Assembly: GCF_000150275.1 (NCBI RefSeq)
Contig: NW_002060972.1
Coordinates: 186,001 to 250,000 of the forward strand
Direction of reading: 5' to 3'
DNA from: Trichoplax adhaerens
Lineage: Eukaryota; Animalia; Placozoa
DNA length: 64,000 nucleotides
Under the pieces are notes generated by a model. That model was given only the letters and a program-made list of their open reading frames with translations, was not told the origin of the DNA and ran no database searches. Both the position numbers and the translations under genes were made by a program. Below, piece by piece: positions 41,601-55,567 of the stretch (positions are counted from its first letter, which is position 1; each line of letters starts with the position of its first letter).

Positions 41601-44600
41601 AATAGAATCCAGAGTAGCAATGAAAATTACATATCTATTTATGGAATGAGTAAAGGTGGACTGAATCGCTTGATTTAATAATCAATCAATTTGAGTTCTA
41701 TTTCTCTCGATAACAGTTATGGATGAAATCATTTACCCGTCCACTTTACTACAAAGTAACCTGTTATATAAGCTATGCAGATCACTTCCTCAAATAGTAA
41801 TCATATCTACTAAGATTTAAGCAAGCATTATAACAGCATCTCTTTAGCAGTTGTCTGGTAATTTGCTATCACAGCTCAGAGTTTAAGTAAGATGGAATAG
41901 ATAAAATTTCTGACCTTTCTTTCAATTCTTTCAATTCTTCATTTAGTAGCATTGGATTAATTACTGGTAATTCTTCAACTCTAAAAAATAATTGATATCG
42001 AGAGATGACATCATCCAATTCCATCCTATATTGTTTCATTCGTTCGTTCGTGTCCTTCAAATTTAAAATTTTGTAAGATTAATCAGAAAAATATTAATTT
42101 TAACCGCATGTACTTTGTTAATCTATAGATAGAGCGTTTACTATAAGCAACGTTGAATTGCATATTTAATCGCTCCAGAGTAGATCCAATATATCGATTC
42201 GCTTTACATTTTCGATCCGCTCTATTTCTTCCTCCATAATTTGTAGTTTATGTTTTCTTTTATTGTTGTCATTTTTCGTTATGTAGATCATATAATCCAT
42301 CTAAATATGATGAGAATTGAACTGATTTAGAAAAGAACATAAACTATAGGACGCATAATTACGTCAAGTATACTAAAATATTTAGAAAAGGATCATTTTA
42401 CCCTATCACAAATTTCAGCTGCTTCAGGCAGATTACGTAAATATCGATAAAAGTCATCTGTTAGTTCATCTAAAGCTCCAGACAGAGTCTGCATGGAAAA
42501 ATAGAAATAAAAATTCATAGAATCTACTTCTAAGGAAATTTGTCTAATAGTAATTGCAGGTCGTTGTTCCTGTATCTGTTTTCCGTTTTTACTATCTAAC
42601 AATCTGTAAAAAAGTAGCGTTAAGTCGCACTGACGCTACACTAAGATGTACGAAGGATTAGTGAGTTAGCGTAAAAGTGCACAACTATTACAAAATCACT
42701 GAACAACAGGTATACATACTGATTTCAAATCAGGAAATTGCGAGGGTGATTGGGAAGCAAGAGAAATCATATTTAGTAGCCAGTCCTCCGTTAAGTAAGA
42801 TAGATAAATTTCAAGTTTATCGAGGCATGCCGCCATATTCATCAATTCTAGTTGATTGTTACTGTAAGTGATGTCCAACTATTATTAGAGTAAATGAAAG
42901 GCAAGTAGTGAAAAATCTTCGTATTAATAAGGGATTAGCTATAAAAGATTTTTCCGTACACAACATGAATTATTTACCTTTGGAGTATAAGGATCAACCG
43001 CTAAGCGTGATGATAAGTTATTTGAGAACATAGAATATGGGAATACCAAAATTTTAGAATTCATTTCAATTCAAGAGATATTGAGGTGAAATTAGGTTAC
43101 ATTAAACGTTTGTGTTTGCAAAATTAATTGTAACACTCTAATAATATCAGAATAGGATGAGATAGAAGTCTTTTTGCTTTGCTTTTTATACAGTCTTAGA
43201 CAAAGTATCTTAACTTACCTACTAAGGCTGAATTATAAGTTTCAAATAGATCATCTACTTTCTGTCGATCGTTAATTGGCAAGGTTTCAACACAAAATTC
43301 GTATACAGCCTAAGATGTAGAAATTGGAAGAAATCTTAAAATCTTTGGCATCACATACGTATTTACCTAAACTAATTGTATTGCCTAAACCAGCAAAATT
43401 GTTTATTACGATATCATAAAATACTCTAAATATCTATAGAGTGGAATAAGGCTTTAAAGCATGTCACGGTACTCGAACTACGACGGGTAACAATGTCATC
43501 CCTTTATACAGTATGTAGGTTGTTAGTAAATCTAGAATTGTAAAACTAATTCATTTTCGAGTAAAATCAAGTGAACAAGTCAGATAGCTAATTCATAACA
43601 GAGCTCAAGGTTGGATTGCACTCTATGCCTATTCAATTGTACTGTATTTTAAAGTATAGTATAAGGTTGTAAAAAATTTAGATCTAGATTACACGATAGC
43701 TAATGTTTGCATAAAAGAAATAAAGCGAGTGACTTTTACAAAAAGGAGAATTCTAGATTTGATTCCAGTGAAAACTGGCGTGTGTGTTTAATTTAACAAG
43801 CGTTGGAAGTAGTTTTGGTAGTGCAAAAAGTGGTTGTTAAATAAAGAATCCGGTGAATGATAATTTTGGGCCAGTTTACTAACATTTAGTGAGAATACTA
43901 ACTATAATTAATAGATTGTTATCTCTGAAACTTGGTTTAATTTTATTACATTAAGGTTACTGCCACTTGCAAAATGCGAGCTGAACTCGCAAATAATTGA
44001 AATAGCGTATCTGCAGTACAGATACAGTATCCTAACATACAAGCAGCATATATATGTTTTCTACCATGGCATCATTTTAAATTGATTTCCAACTAAAAAT
44101 TTTAATTGAAAGGTTTTATTACTATCATCAGCTGCAATAATGCACAAAATTCAAGAAATTTAATAAGACCGCTATCGTACTTACGCGCTTGTTGTATAAA
44201 CGATAACTATCCTCATTATTGATCAATTGAGCAACTGGAAAAAGTAAATCATCTTGATCGATTTCATCATGGCACTGTAAGGAAATAAGAAATTGAGGTT
44301 ATAGATAAGTTCTAACTCGGTTACAGAAAATACTTTTAAGTTTATAGCCAATCACTCTAGCCAGATAAATCTTAGATAGAAAGCTTTAAAAATAGAAAGC
44401 AGATTCGTATGCTGTGTGTCGGATATTAAACTGGGCATTTGCTAGACAAAAGTAATTATTACTACCTTTATTAAAGTAATTGTCCATTGTAAGCACTTTA
44501 GCAATGATAACGAAACAAATACATCATCTTGTCCAAAAGCAACAACATCTTGTTCGTTTAAAGCTATAGGATATTGAAGTTTTTGTAGTGTTATTTCAAT

Positions 44601-45196
44601 AGTATCGCAATCGATTTGTTCAGCAGCATGTTGGCTATAACCAAGATCCTGTAGAAACCTCTGGTAATATCAATGATAGACAGCAAATATTAAATTGATA
44701 GCTTTATCTAATCAACTTTTCAAGTAGTACCAATGCTATAAAGTACAAATAAAACTTTTTACATCACATATATGATATCTATTACTATCACTTCGCCAAA
44801 TTACGGAATTAATTTCATTTAGTATACAATAATCTCTCCTCCTCACTCTGAATAATATGTAGAAATCATTAGGTGTTATGTGGCCTCGATCTTTGATTTG
44901 AACCAAATCCAATACTTCATTGCCTTGAAAGTGTTCATGATGCTGTAAGAACTAAATAGATGGCATGCTAATTAAAAATAGCCTTCCATGCTAGGCTCGC
45001 AATTAATATCCGCTCTAGTTATACCTCAATAACATCTTGAAGGTGCCGTCGGTAAACTTTGGCATATCAGATTGAAATAATATCGAAGATTAATACGGTA
45101 CTAATAACAAGCAGTGAGTACCTAAAATCGTTCATTTATATAATATATACCTGGACTATCCGGTTTTGTTGTACTAGAAAATTGTAAATCATCCAT
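38693..45196 (-). CDS. Divergent Ndc80/Hec1-like protein (NN-type calponin-homology domain plus coiled coil); middle and 3' exons only partly resolved
   Basis: The spliced N-terminus reads MDDLQFSSTTKPDSPVYRRHLQDVIEFLQHHEH...ITPNDFYILFRRFLQDLGY...ITLQKLQYPIALNEQDVVAFG...LLKCLQWTITLIK...YNKRAVYEFCVETL. This parallels Hec1 IQQCIRQLCEFL...KDFLKIF...FKDLGYPFALSKS...VG...AALVWLIDCIK...HNKLFLDYTIKCY. Downstream exons are coiled-coil-like, and the likely last exon is AYLAQHIIEMEVTSTILDKFVT*. Confidence 0.6.
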
Positions 45197-46504
45197 GATC
45201 AAGAAGCATTTATGTTATTCATCCATTTGTTAATTTTAAAATTCAAAGGAAGTTTTCCATTTGGATTTTAATTGCAAAAGGAAGATTAACCGAAGAATTT
45301 TTAATGTCAGTACTGTACTTTTCTTGCCTACTCGTTTGGTAGTCGTAGTACAGGCATCCGTAGTAATGGTGGTAGGGTAGCCAAAACCTCTCTAAGCTAT
45401 ATTTTTTGGAACTTATTTTGACATGTATTACTATGTAGTTTGCAATAAACAGAAAATAATTATACAAGCATATGGTTCAGATGATGATGTCACACTAATG
45501 TGACACCTATAGATGCATACTCGTATCTAATATTAGTTGTATATCGTTAAATGCAACTTTTATTTACTTGTGCATGATTTAAATTCCTGAATGAGTGTAT
45601 GCTGTACGTATTCACTTTTCTATTTTATTCATATACTTATATAGATGAAATATTCCCTCCATTGAAATAATTTAAATATCTGGCGAACGTCGTGATTACA
45701 ATTATTAACACCGGTATACTGTATGTTGTCAGTAATATTTAGTAGATGTAAGGGTTTTGAAGGGCGCGCCAATTTCTATTCCTGTATAATTTCATAGATA
45801 ATATCCAGATACAGACGACGTTGTTATTGCATTTAGCTTCCCTAATATCAGTAACTTCCGTTGAATAATTTTAATTTAAGGGATAAATTACCCACTTGAT
45901 TATAATTATCGCCAGTTACTTTTTTCGCTATACCATACTACTTTATGGTGATAGTGCTGTATTCAGTTAATTGCTATTGCAAATTACTTTGTAACAAATG
46001 ATTCAGACGATTTCGACATTTGCATTTATAAAGTGCTGTGATCTTTAGTTTTAATAATACTTGAGGATCTTTTGCATTGGAAATTATTGCTTATCATCTA
46101 GAAATACAGTACTGTACTGGATGACTAAGTTATGATGTTGAATGTGATGTTATATCCTACAGTAGTATTATTTGCAGGAGTTGAACTTGTTCTATGACCG
46201 GAACTATCTTGGCATCCATGCTCCAACTACAGTACAGGAGGAAAAAGTTGTGTATTTTGGGTATCAATACTGATTTCTGTGTTGCTAATCTTAACACAGC
46301 AAACTTGACAGTATTCCTGCAAGCCAGATAATACCTGCAAATTGCAAGTAATTCCTTTTTCTAGCGCAAAGGCAAGCTCGTTTTGTGTGTACAGTATCTA
46401 CCACAGCAAATATTGTGCACAATCACTTTCTGTACTTCAAAGTGTGCAAAATGATCTGTCACCCTTGATTTCTCTCCCGTCCGAAAGATGCAAAATATCA
46501 ATAC

Positions 46505-46662
46505 CAGGAACTACTCAATCAAAATTGTACCCCCATTATCGCAAAAAAAGTCGATCTCCACATTGTTTTCAGTGTAGTTTCTTGTCCCGTCTGCTGTTCT
46601 CTTTCTAGGGTAGGGGAGACAATTTTTATATACGGGGTACAATTTTGATTGAGTAGTCTCTG
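46505..46662. mobile_element. MITE-like foldback element
   Basis: Perfect 24-bp inverted repeat ACTACTCAATCAAAATTGTACCCC (46510-46533) and GGGGTACAATTTTGATTGAGTAGT (46634-46657), extending imperfectly to CAG...CTG termini. No TSD found. Confidence 0.6.
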
Positions 46663-47218
46663 ACAGTATTGACAAAATAAAGAAAATCACAGTAGCTTAC
46701 AGTATTTTATACAATGCCAATGATTCACTAAGCTCTTTCTGTAAAGTGTAAGCTAGTTATAATTTACTGTTAGTTAGTAGTATAAGGGAATTCGAAGAGA
46801 AATTCTAAAGTCTAATTCGTCTACCACAACTTAATACGGACAGCCATCTCCAGTGCGCGTGCGTAATTGGATTTAATCGATTGATAAAAATGTCCAAGAG
46901 GCGAACAGCCAGCCAATCGCCGCTTGCCACTTCAGGTTTCCACACCCCAAATCTATTGTTATCAAATCAAATCTTTTTCCTTACTATACTTGGAGCAAGG
47001 ATGATACTGATAGCAAGCAGTACTAGCAGGTACTACCAGTCCTTGGCCTAGTCTCTGGCAAGCCATTGGTATTGTAGAGTGACTATATTGCCTGCGCACA
47101 CTTATCCAAATCCATCAGCGACTTCATCACTACGATTTAGTTTATTTGGACGTTGAAGCAATTAACTTAAGCTTGATAAAATTGTTTGCAACGACAAGCT
47201 ATTAAACAAAATTAAAGA

Positions 47219-49505
47219 ATGAGACTGTTGTTTAGCTCGACGTTATTCCTCGTGGTATTTGCTGGCTTGGTACGAGGACAAGAAGGGGCTCAACCTAGTG
47301 GAGGGATCAAATTCTCTACTCCTGATTTAACCGATGAAGATTATCATTCGCCTACTGTGCCATTGCAGTATCGTTGTGCTGTGTGCCAAGCGGTCGCTTA
47401 CCAGGTTAGCTTATAACTGCTATAATCCGCAGGCAATTGGGATATTGAATGGAAATTGCTATAAAAGATTGATTCTTCATAGCCTCCACAGAAGGATCAG
47501 CATTTATAGAATTACTTTTGCTATCAATTACGTCGTTAAGTTGCACTGCACGCTGCACTATTCTCAGATATCGGATTACTTAGCAACTGCTAGGGAAGAG
47601 ATGCATCTGTAGACTGCAGTACCAGGTGCAGTTACGGTTTTTGAATGAATGAATTCATCAACTATGAGTAACATTTAAAATTGATCAATGTAGTAATGAT
47701 GAAATCAGTTTAAATTATAATGACTAGATATGAATTAAAATCATGATTACAAACCGAGGTTACAACATTATCTCGTCAGGAAACCTTAGTAATAACATGT
47801 GCCTCTTATTGCACTAGACTATTGAGCCTAGATATTTGCTGCAAAAGTAAACAGTTTAATTGGTAATATTGCTGCTGTACACTACGTCAATATCAATTAA
47901 ATATTTTATCATTTCCTAACGATGCTGAGAGGTAATCTTACGACATAAATTACGAACAGTGCACTACATCAAGTTTGTATAGATGCAGGAAAGTTGTCTT
48001 ATTTTGGCAAAAAATATTAACTAAGCCTTCATTTAATTGCAATTTTAATCAAATAGCTAGAGAAAGCTTTAGAAAAAGAACAAATTAAGCTTATTGGCAG
48101 AAAAAGACTCTCTGAAGTGGTCTATATTGATGTCTTAGACAAGAAATGCAATGGAGAATGGGACGGGTAAAATATTAATAGTTAGTCTGTTTAAAATAGC
48201 CATCAGCTTGCCCCCCCCCAAATGCAATGGTCGTATGATCATAAATCTTATGCTTGACTTGAGCAGCTTCGACTTTACCTTCGTGATAATTGTCAAATAG
48301 CATAAAAGTTGTATGTTACAACTAGTATACTCGTATATCCCAACTCACTCGAATGAAAGAAACTTTACCCTAGGTAGTGCTTGGGTTTTACGACCCCTTA
48401 CACACACATAGTACAAGTAGTATAACTACACCGTTTCTTCATCAGCAATCATGAAATTACCTTATAGTATAGTATAGTAGACTATTTTACTTTTGAATGC
48501 CACCGTACTGCAATTGCTACTGTAATTAGCTGAAACTATGACACCATATTTGCTATAACGCTTAATGATTGAACTCCTTAAGTTTGACCCTCCTATAACT
48601 GATGGATTGTAAAAGATTTCATTAACTCTATACAACTCCGCGAGGTTACGGATTGTAATTGGCGCTTCAAGATTGAAATTAATTATATAGTAACGTTGCT
48701 AGTTCAGTTAAAACTTTCGACTTGGCTATATTATGCTGTTAATTAACTCAGTCTCCGTCATTATTCAATTCTCTCTAAATTATATACCTTTTCACTACAT
48801 TTTAAAATCATATTTTAGTTATGGAATCAAAAAGGTAAATGGTGTTAACCGATTTACTGGCGATGGCGTGCCATATGAAAATGACTTCGGATTTACTCAA
48901 ACAGGTGGCAAATGGCCATTTAGGTGAGACATATTTGCTAAATGTGTTTTATAGTTGGCGTGGCAATAAAACATTATTATGAATGCAGAAAATTGAGTTG
49001 TTTAGATTAGAGCATATTCCAAGTAGTCAGTTGATGCTATCATAAATTCAATTTTGTGTGGAAAGTTACATCTATAGCATTCGTCTATTAATGCTCATGG
49101 TACTAAAATAACATTGACAGTGTTTCAACTGGGGAGGACGAGTGTTACAACTGATGGAAAAGAGTTTAGGTCATTGAGTTTTTTTACCGTAAACATTGTA
49201 GTAGGACGTTAGATGAGTATATTAAATTCTGCACCATACACTCGCTGCCTTATGATTGTAACGATAAACGCTATAGATATTTAGAGTATGCGTCTTGGAT
49301 ATTAATATAGTCATAATCTATACGGTGGCTAATTTCTTGAATACTGTTGGTCATAAATCCTAGGCTTACCAATGAATGCCAAAATATCCTTGGTGAAGTT
49401 GGTGAAGATGAAATATATGAGGCATTTTATGATGGTACACCGTTAAAGAAATTTATTTGTCTAAAGAAAACTAAGTACTGTAATAAGAAACATGACGAAT
49501 TGTAG
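47219..49505 (+). CDS. MZB1: MZB1/pERp1 (canopy/saposin-like ER chaperone) ortholog
   Basis: Exons 47219-47404, 48057-48166, 48819-48923 and 49364-49505. They encode a signal peptide, PDLTDEDYHS...RCAVCQAVAYQ, RKRLSEVVYIDVLDKKC..W..YGIKKVNGVNRFTG, TGGKWPFRLTNEC..ILGEVGEDEIYEA and a C-terminal HDEL*, collinear with human MZB1 motifs. Confidence 0.9.
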
Positions 49506-51204
49506 ACGCGTCATAAAAATTATCCAATCTTGCATTTGGGAAGAAATTGTTTAGCTAACGTTTTAGAATCACATTCAATCTAATAGTAGTTCAAAAAACG
49601 CCGAATTAAGATTTAAAATGATGCCCTAGTTCATTTCTAGAATTTTAAGTTGCAGTCTATACTGATTCTAAGTTGTATTTGTATAATTTCTTGCATACGC
49701 CTTTATTTCCAATCGTTACTTAATGTTGTATACTCTTTAGCATGGATACGAATACAACTTTCTTGAATCTTCTATACAAATATGAGATTACGTTGTGGAC
49801 ACTTTTTGTGTTTGGTACAATCTTTTCTTCGATATCTGGTACTTCGCGTATGTGCGATGTTTCATCGTAGACTGTTTAGTTTCTCTACAGCAGATGTAAA
49901 AGTTTGTTGGAATGTTGTCCTGCTCAATACTGTATTTGTGTATATTTTATAATTGTACTATATCTTAGAAGACAACAATGGTATTGCTCATTTTTACTTT
50001 CTTTGTCAAGATTATGGCTAGAATTGATCTTAGTGCAATAAAATTTGCCGGATTTTTATTTTTGACACAATTGATTGTATAGCAACCTTGGCTATGTAAT
50101 GGAACGCGTGAGATCGATTGAGCTATAGTCCATCGCTGAGGTCTTGATGCCTCTTTAGTGAGTATATTGAAAATTGAGTAATAGCTTGCCTACAGTGTAC
50201 AGGATTACCTTGGCTGTAGTACTTTAGCTAAAGAGCTTGAAGTATCATAATTTGGCTGTTCTTCGATGGAATGATCTATTCAATCATGAAACTGAACTTC
50301 AACTTACACTATAATAGCAGTGCCTAATATGCGCAATATTACCAGGGGGACTTGAACTAGTAATATGAATGGATCTTTTTATTTTCCTAATATGCTGCAT
50401 TCGATCAGGTATCTTCTCATATTAAGAAGAAATTCTACTGTCCATAGTATGATAACCTAGCTGTCAATTTGGTTTCGTGTTCTATTTTGTGTAGAATGTG
50501 TTGCTGTTCATTTGAACGGATAGTTGATCGGTAATACGCGTCGAATTAATCAATACTTCGGCATCACATTCTAGCCAATGCTAGAGCACAGAAGTGTAAA
50601 AGCATCATGCAAAACGATTACTGAATTGTTGCAATGCCATTACAGTCCTGTGAGCTCCTACCCAGTGGAAAAGAAGTCTGCTCACGTTCGGTGCAATTAC
50701 AGCACCCTCAATCTTGACTTCAAATCAAATGTCTGGCAATGGATATAACCATTTCCACACCTCATTCTGTGCAATTAAGCATAGCTGATTTTGCTAAAAT
50801 GAAGCCATATTGTAGACCACTGTCCTCCATTGACATTGCAGTACAGTATGGCAGCAGTAGGGTACCCTGTACCCGGTACAGCGACTGCTGTCTGTCATAC
50901 TGTCTTTCTGATCAGCAGTTTGTGCAATCGGTGCTGGCTTGACGGTCCAGCACCGAAATGTCCGACTGTCTGAGTCCAGCGTGTTGAAGAATAGTACTGT
51001 CCAACGTACTGGTGCCACCACTTGGAAAATGACCACAGAAATAGTCAGTCAGTGCATTTTTGCTAACGCAAGTCGTTGACACTGTGCCTCTTTCTTCTTT
51101 TCATAGCGTGTACCCCAATGTGGAAGCACTACTCAAAAGAAAGAGACGGGATAGGAAACGACCACAGTGCAAAATAATGTGGGGGCTGATCGTTTTTTCG
51201 GTCA

Positions 51205-51730
51205 TTTAGTATACAGTACAGTACAGTGGAGAAATTTATTTTTCACAACAGTACAAGAACCAAACCTTCGACAGGTGTAACAGTATAGTCACAATTGTGA
51301 AAAGTCCTTGACTATTTACAGTGTACAGTACGGCAAACTGAGTGTACAGTACTGTACACTGTACTGTACAGTATACAGTACTGTAGTCACAATTCTGAAA
51401 AGTCCCTGACTGTGTACAGTGTACAGTACTGTACACTGTACAGTACAGTACAGTACAGTATGCCACGTTACACTTTTTAAGCCATACTGTATGTCTAAGA
51501 TATTTTAGCCGATGAAAATTTTAACAAGAAAAATCAATGAATCGCTTTATCCTGCACAAATTATACATCAATCGGTAGAGAAAGAGCTAAATAACATAGT
51601 TCATCAATTATAATCTACGTGCGATGTCTATTTTCTTCATAATAACTAGTTAAAGTAGGCAAACTGCTACAGTACCAAGTAAAAATATGGGTACTGTCCA
51701 CTGAGTGTACACTGTACAGTACAGTACAGT
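51205..51730. repeat. Cluster of CAGTA/ACTGTACAGT palindromic microsatellite-like repeats with an internal duplication of about 45 bp
   Basis: (acagt)n and actgtacagt units throughout. agtcacaatt(g/c)tgaaaagtcc(t/c)tgact occurs at about 51287 and 51385. Confidence 0.7.
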
Positions 51731-52028
51731 CATGCTGCAGTCCATTAGGCTATATAGGCACTCATACAGCATTTAACCAAGAAGTCAATCTCTCTACTGA
51801 CTTGACCGACGACAGTACTGTACAGTCATTGAAGATGAGAACGGCTACCGTCTTACAGTACCATCATACACTACAGTGTTTTCACTGTAGTCTGCGTACC
51901 GTACTGTCGCCAGTTTCATAAAAGAAGAACCCAGACGTAGCCCTATCGTGATTCTCTTCGAAACTTGGACAACTAGGAGGAAAAAGAGGAAAAAGGAAGA
52001 GAAACTCCACTACAACGATCCAAACAAC

Positions 52029-55000
52029 ATGGTTAGCCATCATAGTTGTCGCTTTACATCATGTATTCTATAGCATCCTTTATCATGATATGGATAAAAT
52101 CAGTCAGAATGGTTTGTAATCGATTAGCAATCACTCAAAGCTACTGCATAGTGTTGGCCGTCATAGCACAGTAGGCAAAATAACTGAGATGCTTCATGAC
52201 AAAGTCATGCTATCATAATCTTCAGCCATTGGAAAAATGGGTTGAATTGGACTCAAATTAGCTTGTTATCCATATATCAAAATCTTACTCGATGTTGTCT
52301 TTGTCATTCATGCCATTTCGTATTTCAAGATGAATCGAAGAACGATACAAACATGTGAAAAATATCCTTTGCAACTTTTGCATACAAAAGAGTGCAAGTC
52401 AATGGATGAATTACTGATGCTTATACAGTTGCATGAACCGAGTTTTAATTCAAGAAACTTACTATTCCCTAATATGTACCGCTAGACAGTCAACGATGAT
52501 TCAATAGCTCTAATCGAAGTCACAGAAATAAGTATTCAATGAAAAGACTGGATGGATAGCGTTGACATCAATTACAGTACTGTACCGTATTGAAGGATAG
52601 AATACGAATAATTTCTGAATTCCGATAATGATAAGCCACTGCACGAATAAGATCAACACAAACAGCTGTGATGACAGGATTGAAAGCAAAACTCTTTCCC
52701 ATTCGCCTCATTCGGTTACAGTTGATTATTATCGTACTACTGTAGTAGATAGAATAAAAAAATGGATCATCGTACACTCACCGCCCCATACTAACCTTTG
52801 TTATCTTTGACTGTATTAGGTTCTCCTATCGGCAGCTATTTGCAACAAGAGTGGCAAAGGTAAAAATATCCACAAGACTAATGCATCAGTATAATCAATA
52901 GAATTAGTAGACTATCAGTGAAAGAACGAGCTAGACGTTTTGATAAGCTTGATAATATTACTCAAGTAGTTATTGTCATTATTGCGTGTTTCAATTGATA
53001 TACATTCTTGTAATCATGATAGGACTGCTATCTCGGCAGTTTGTTGAAATGTCACGATCACGAGCTGAAGGGCTACTTGCAGCCTTCCCCAAGTTGATGA
53101 GTAACGGAAAACAGCATACTTTCGTTGAAACAGAAAGTGTTCGCTATGTTTATCAACCTTTAGAGAAATTATTTGTCTTACTCATTACTACCAAGAATAG
53201 TAATATACTGGAAGATTTAGAAACGCTAAGGCTATTTTCGCGAGTTGTAAGTTAGACACCAGTTCTACAAAAATGTTAACAATCATCCAATAGTTAGCTA
53301 TATTGAACCCTTCATCCTTTGTTGTAACTGGCAGTTGAACTAGCTTAGACGAATCGTACACATAGTAGTCTATCATTTGGAACATGTTGGTGTTTCCATT
53401 GCAGGATCCTAACAATAGATCAATAAATACTTTAACCGCTTAGGTGCCTGAATATTGTGGTTCTTTGGATGAAAAAGATGTTCTTGATAATGCATATGAA
53501 GTTATATTTGCTTTTGATGAGATTGTGGCACTAGGTTATCGCGAAAGTGTCAATTTGTCACAAGTTAGAACTTATATAGAAATGGAAAGTCATGAAGAAA
53601 ATGTTTATCAAGCTGTCCGTAAGGTAATACATTTCAAATGATACTTCATTCTTGCACAGTTACATACGTATGTTGAGTTGGTTGACGCAATAATGAATAT
53701 CAACACCATGTATGTTGGCATTGTAACCACAGTCACAAGAAAAGGAAGCCCACGAAGCCATGAAGAAAAAGGCAAAAGAAATTGCTCAACAAAAGAAAGA
53801 ACGAGAAAAAATGAATCGTGGTAAAGGTGGTACGTCAAATATGAGTAGCTTAATGTCAGGAACATCTCGTTTGTCTCCAGATGTACCAATGGTCGGAGAT
53901 ACAACCAGTTCTGTATCGACTTCATCGAGTAAACCGCAGAGTACATTCACAAGTAGTTCAAGGTGAGTAGTATCCAAATTACTTTCAAAGACAACTGTAT
54001 TATTAATATATAAACTATCCCCAAATTGTAGACCTAGTGGATCTAGCCGTGCTTTGAAATTAGGTGGAAAGGATAGAGATCTTAATACGTTTGTAGACAA
54101 ACTAAAAGCTGAAGGAACTGGTAATTATGAAACAAAATTTTATGCAGGTTCTATTATATTCTCTTACAATTATTGCTCTTCCAACTCTCGATATGGATTA
54201 ACTTTAGATGTGATTGCATCAACGGCAAAACATTCCATTGCTTCAGCCAATAAACCAGAGCCCCCAACCAGTAATGTTATCCAATCAGGGTAGGTTATGA
54301 CCATTCGCCTGGTCAGTGTTGATATTGCTAACAAACTGCATAATGTCATAAAATGTATACAGTATAAAATAAAATTAATTCCACCCAATACTAACTTATT
54401 GCCTTACTGTTAGTATTCACCTTAAATTAGAAGAGAAAATTAACCTACAAGCTCGTCAAGATGGTAGTTTAGAAACTATGGAGGTCTTGGGCAACCTAAT
54501 ATTACGCATTTCTGATGCTGATAAGCAGAACATACATGTTTGGGTAAAAAATGATGAGGATCGAGATGTTCAGACACAGGTAATTGATATAAACTTACCT
54601 ACAATGACTGCATCAGTGTTTCTAACTTTATTTTAAGGAGAAATGCGATAAAACCATATCTATTACGCTAATTAAATGCTTTTTTTATATTTTTAAAGCG
54701 CTCTTCGACAGTTTCATAGTTCTTCTAGTTATACCTTTTAATTTTATGAATCTTTGTCCTAGACTCACCCACATGTGGACCGCAAGTTTTTTGCGCAAAA
54801 ATCAATTATTGCATCCAAATCTGCTTCAAAGCCATTCCCATTGAATAACGACGTTCCTGTTCTCAGATGGAGATATCAAACTTCCGATTCAAGTCAAATG
54901 CCATTGTCAAGTATGCGAAGAGATATCTAACAGGAGTTGTCGACATTATAAATGATTCGGCTAAATTGTCTCTTTTTTTATTATTAGTAAATTTATGGCC

Positions 55001-55567
55001 GTCTTATAATAATGGTATGACAGAAGTAAATGTAGAATATGAGCTTGAGCAAGAAGACTTAACGCTCAATGACGTCAACATTGTTATACCGATACCGTAA
55101 GGCAGAATTATTGTATCTATTCCGTCATTAAGATTGTAAGAAAACTGCTTACATAGGTACAATGCTATGATTTTATAATAATAAGGCATGGGTCTGGAAG
55201 TCCAGTTGTTAAAGAAGTGGACGGAGACTATGATTATGACAATGGAAAGTCCTGTTTAATTTGGTCTTTACCAGTTATGGATGCCTCAAATAAGGACGGC
55301 AGTTTGGAATTTACCGTAGCTGGAGATCAAAGTGATTTCTTTCCTATATCCTTGTCGTTTTATTCTCCCAATTTGTATTGCCGTCTTTCGGTAAGTTATG
55401 TTTGTGATCTTATCGCTGATTTTGATGCTATATGTAGAAAAGATTAAAGTATGCACTTTCAATAATAGATTGCAGGAGTAAAAGCGGCTGAATCTGGAAA
55501 AGATATAACTGACTTTAGCAGCGAGATGTTCTGTAAACCGGACAGATATTTGATTGGCAATGTGTAA
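52029..55567 (+). CDS. ARCN1: Coatomer subunit delta (archain 1)
   Basis: An ATG-only first coding exon (52029-52031) is followed by [13 protein letters not shown]|[25 protein letters not shown]...[16 protein letters not shown]...[34 protein letters not shown] and MKLGGK. The mu-homology exons (QTHPHVD...PFP...VLRWR...NLWPS) run to a TAA at 55565-55567. Confidence 0.96.

Noticed and set aside
51236-51466. 76-aa Cys/Thr/Val/Tyr-rich ORF
   Set aside because: It is simply the translation of the CAGTA microsatellite.
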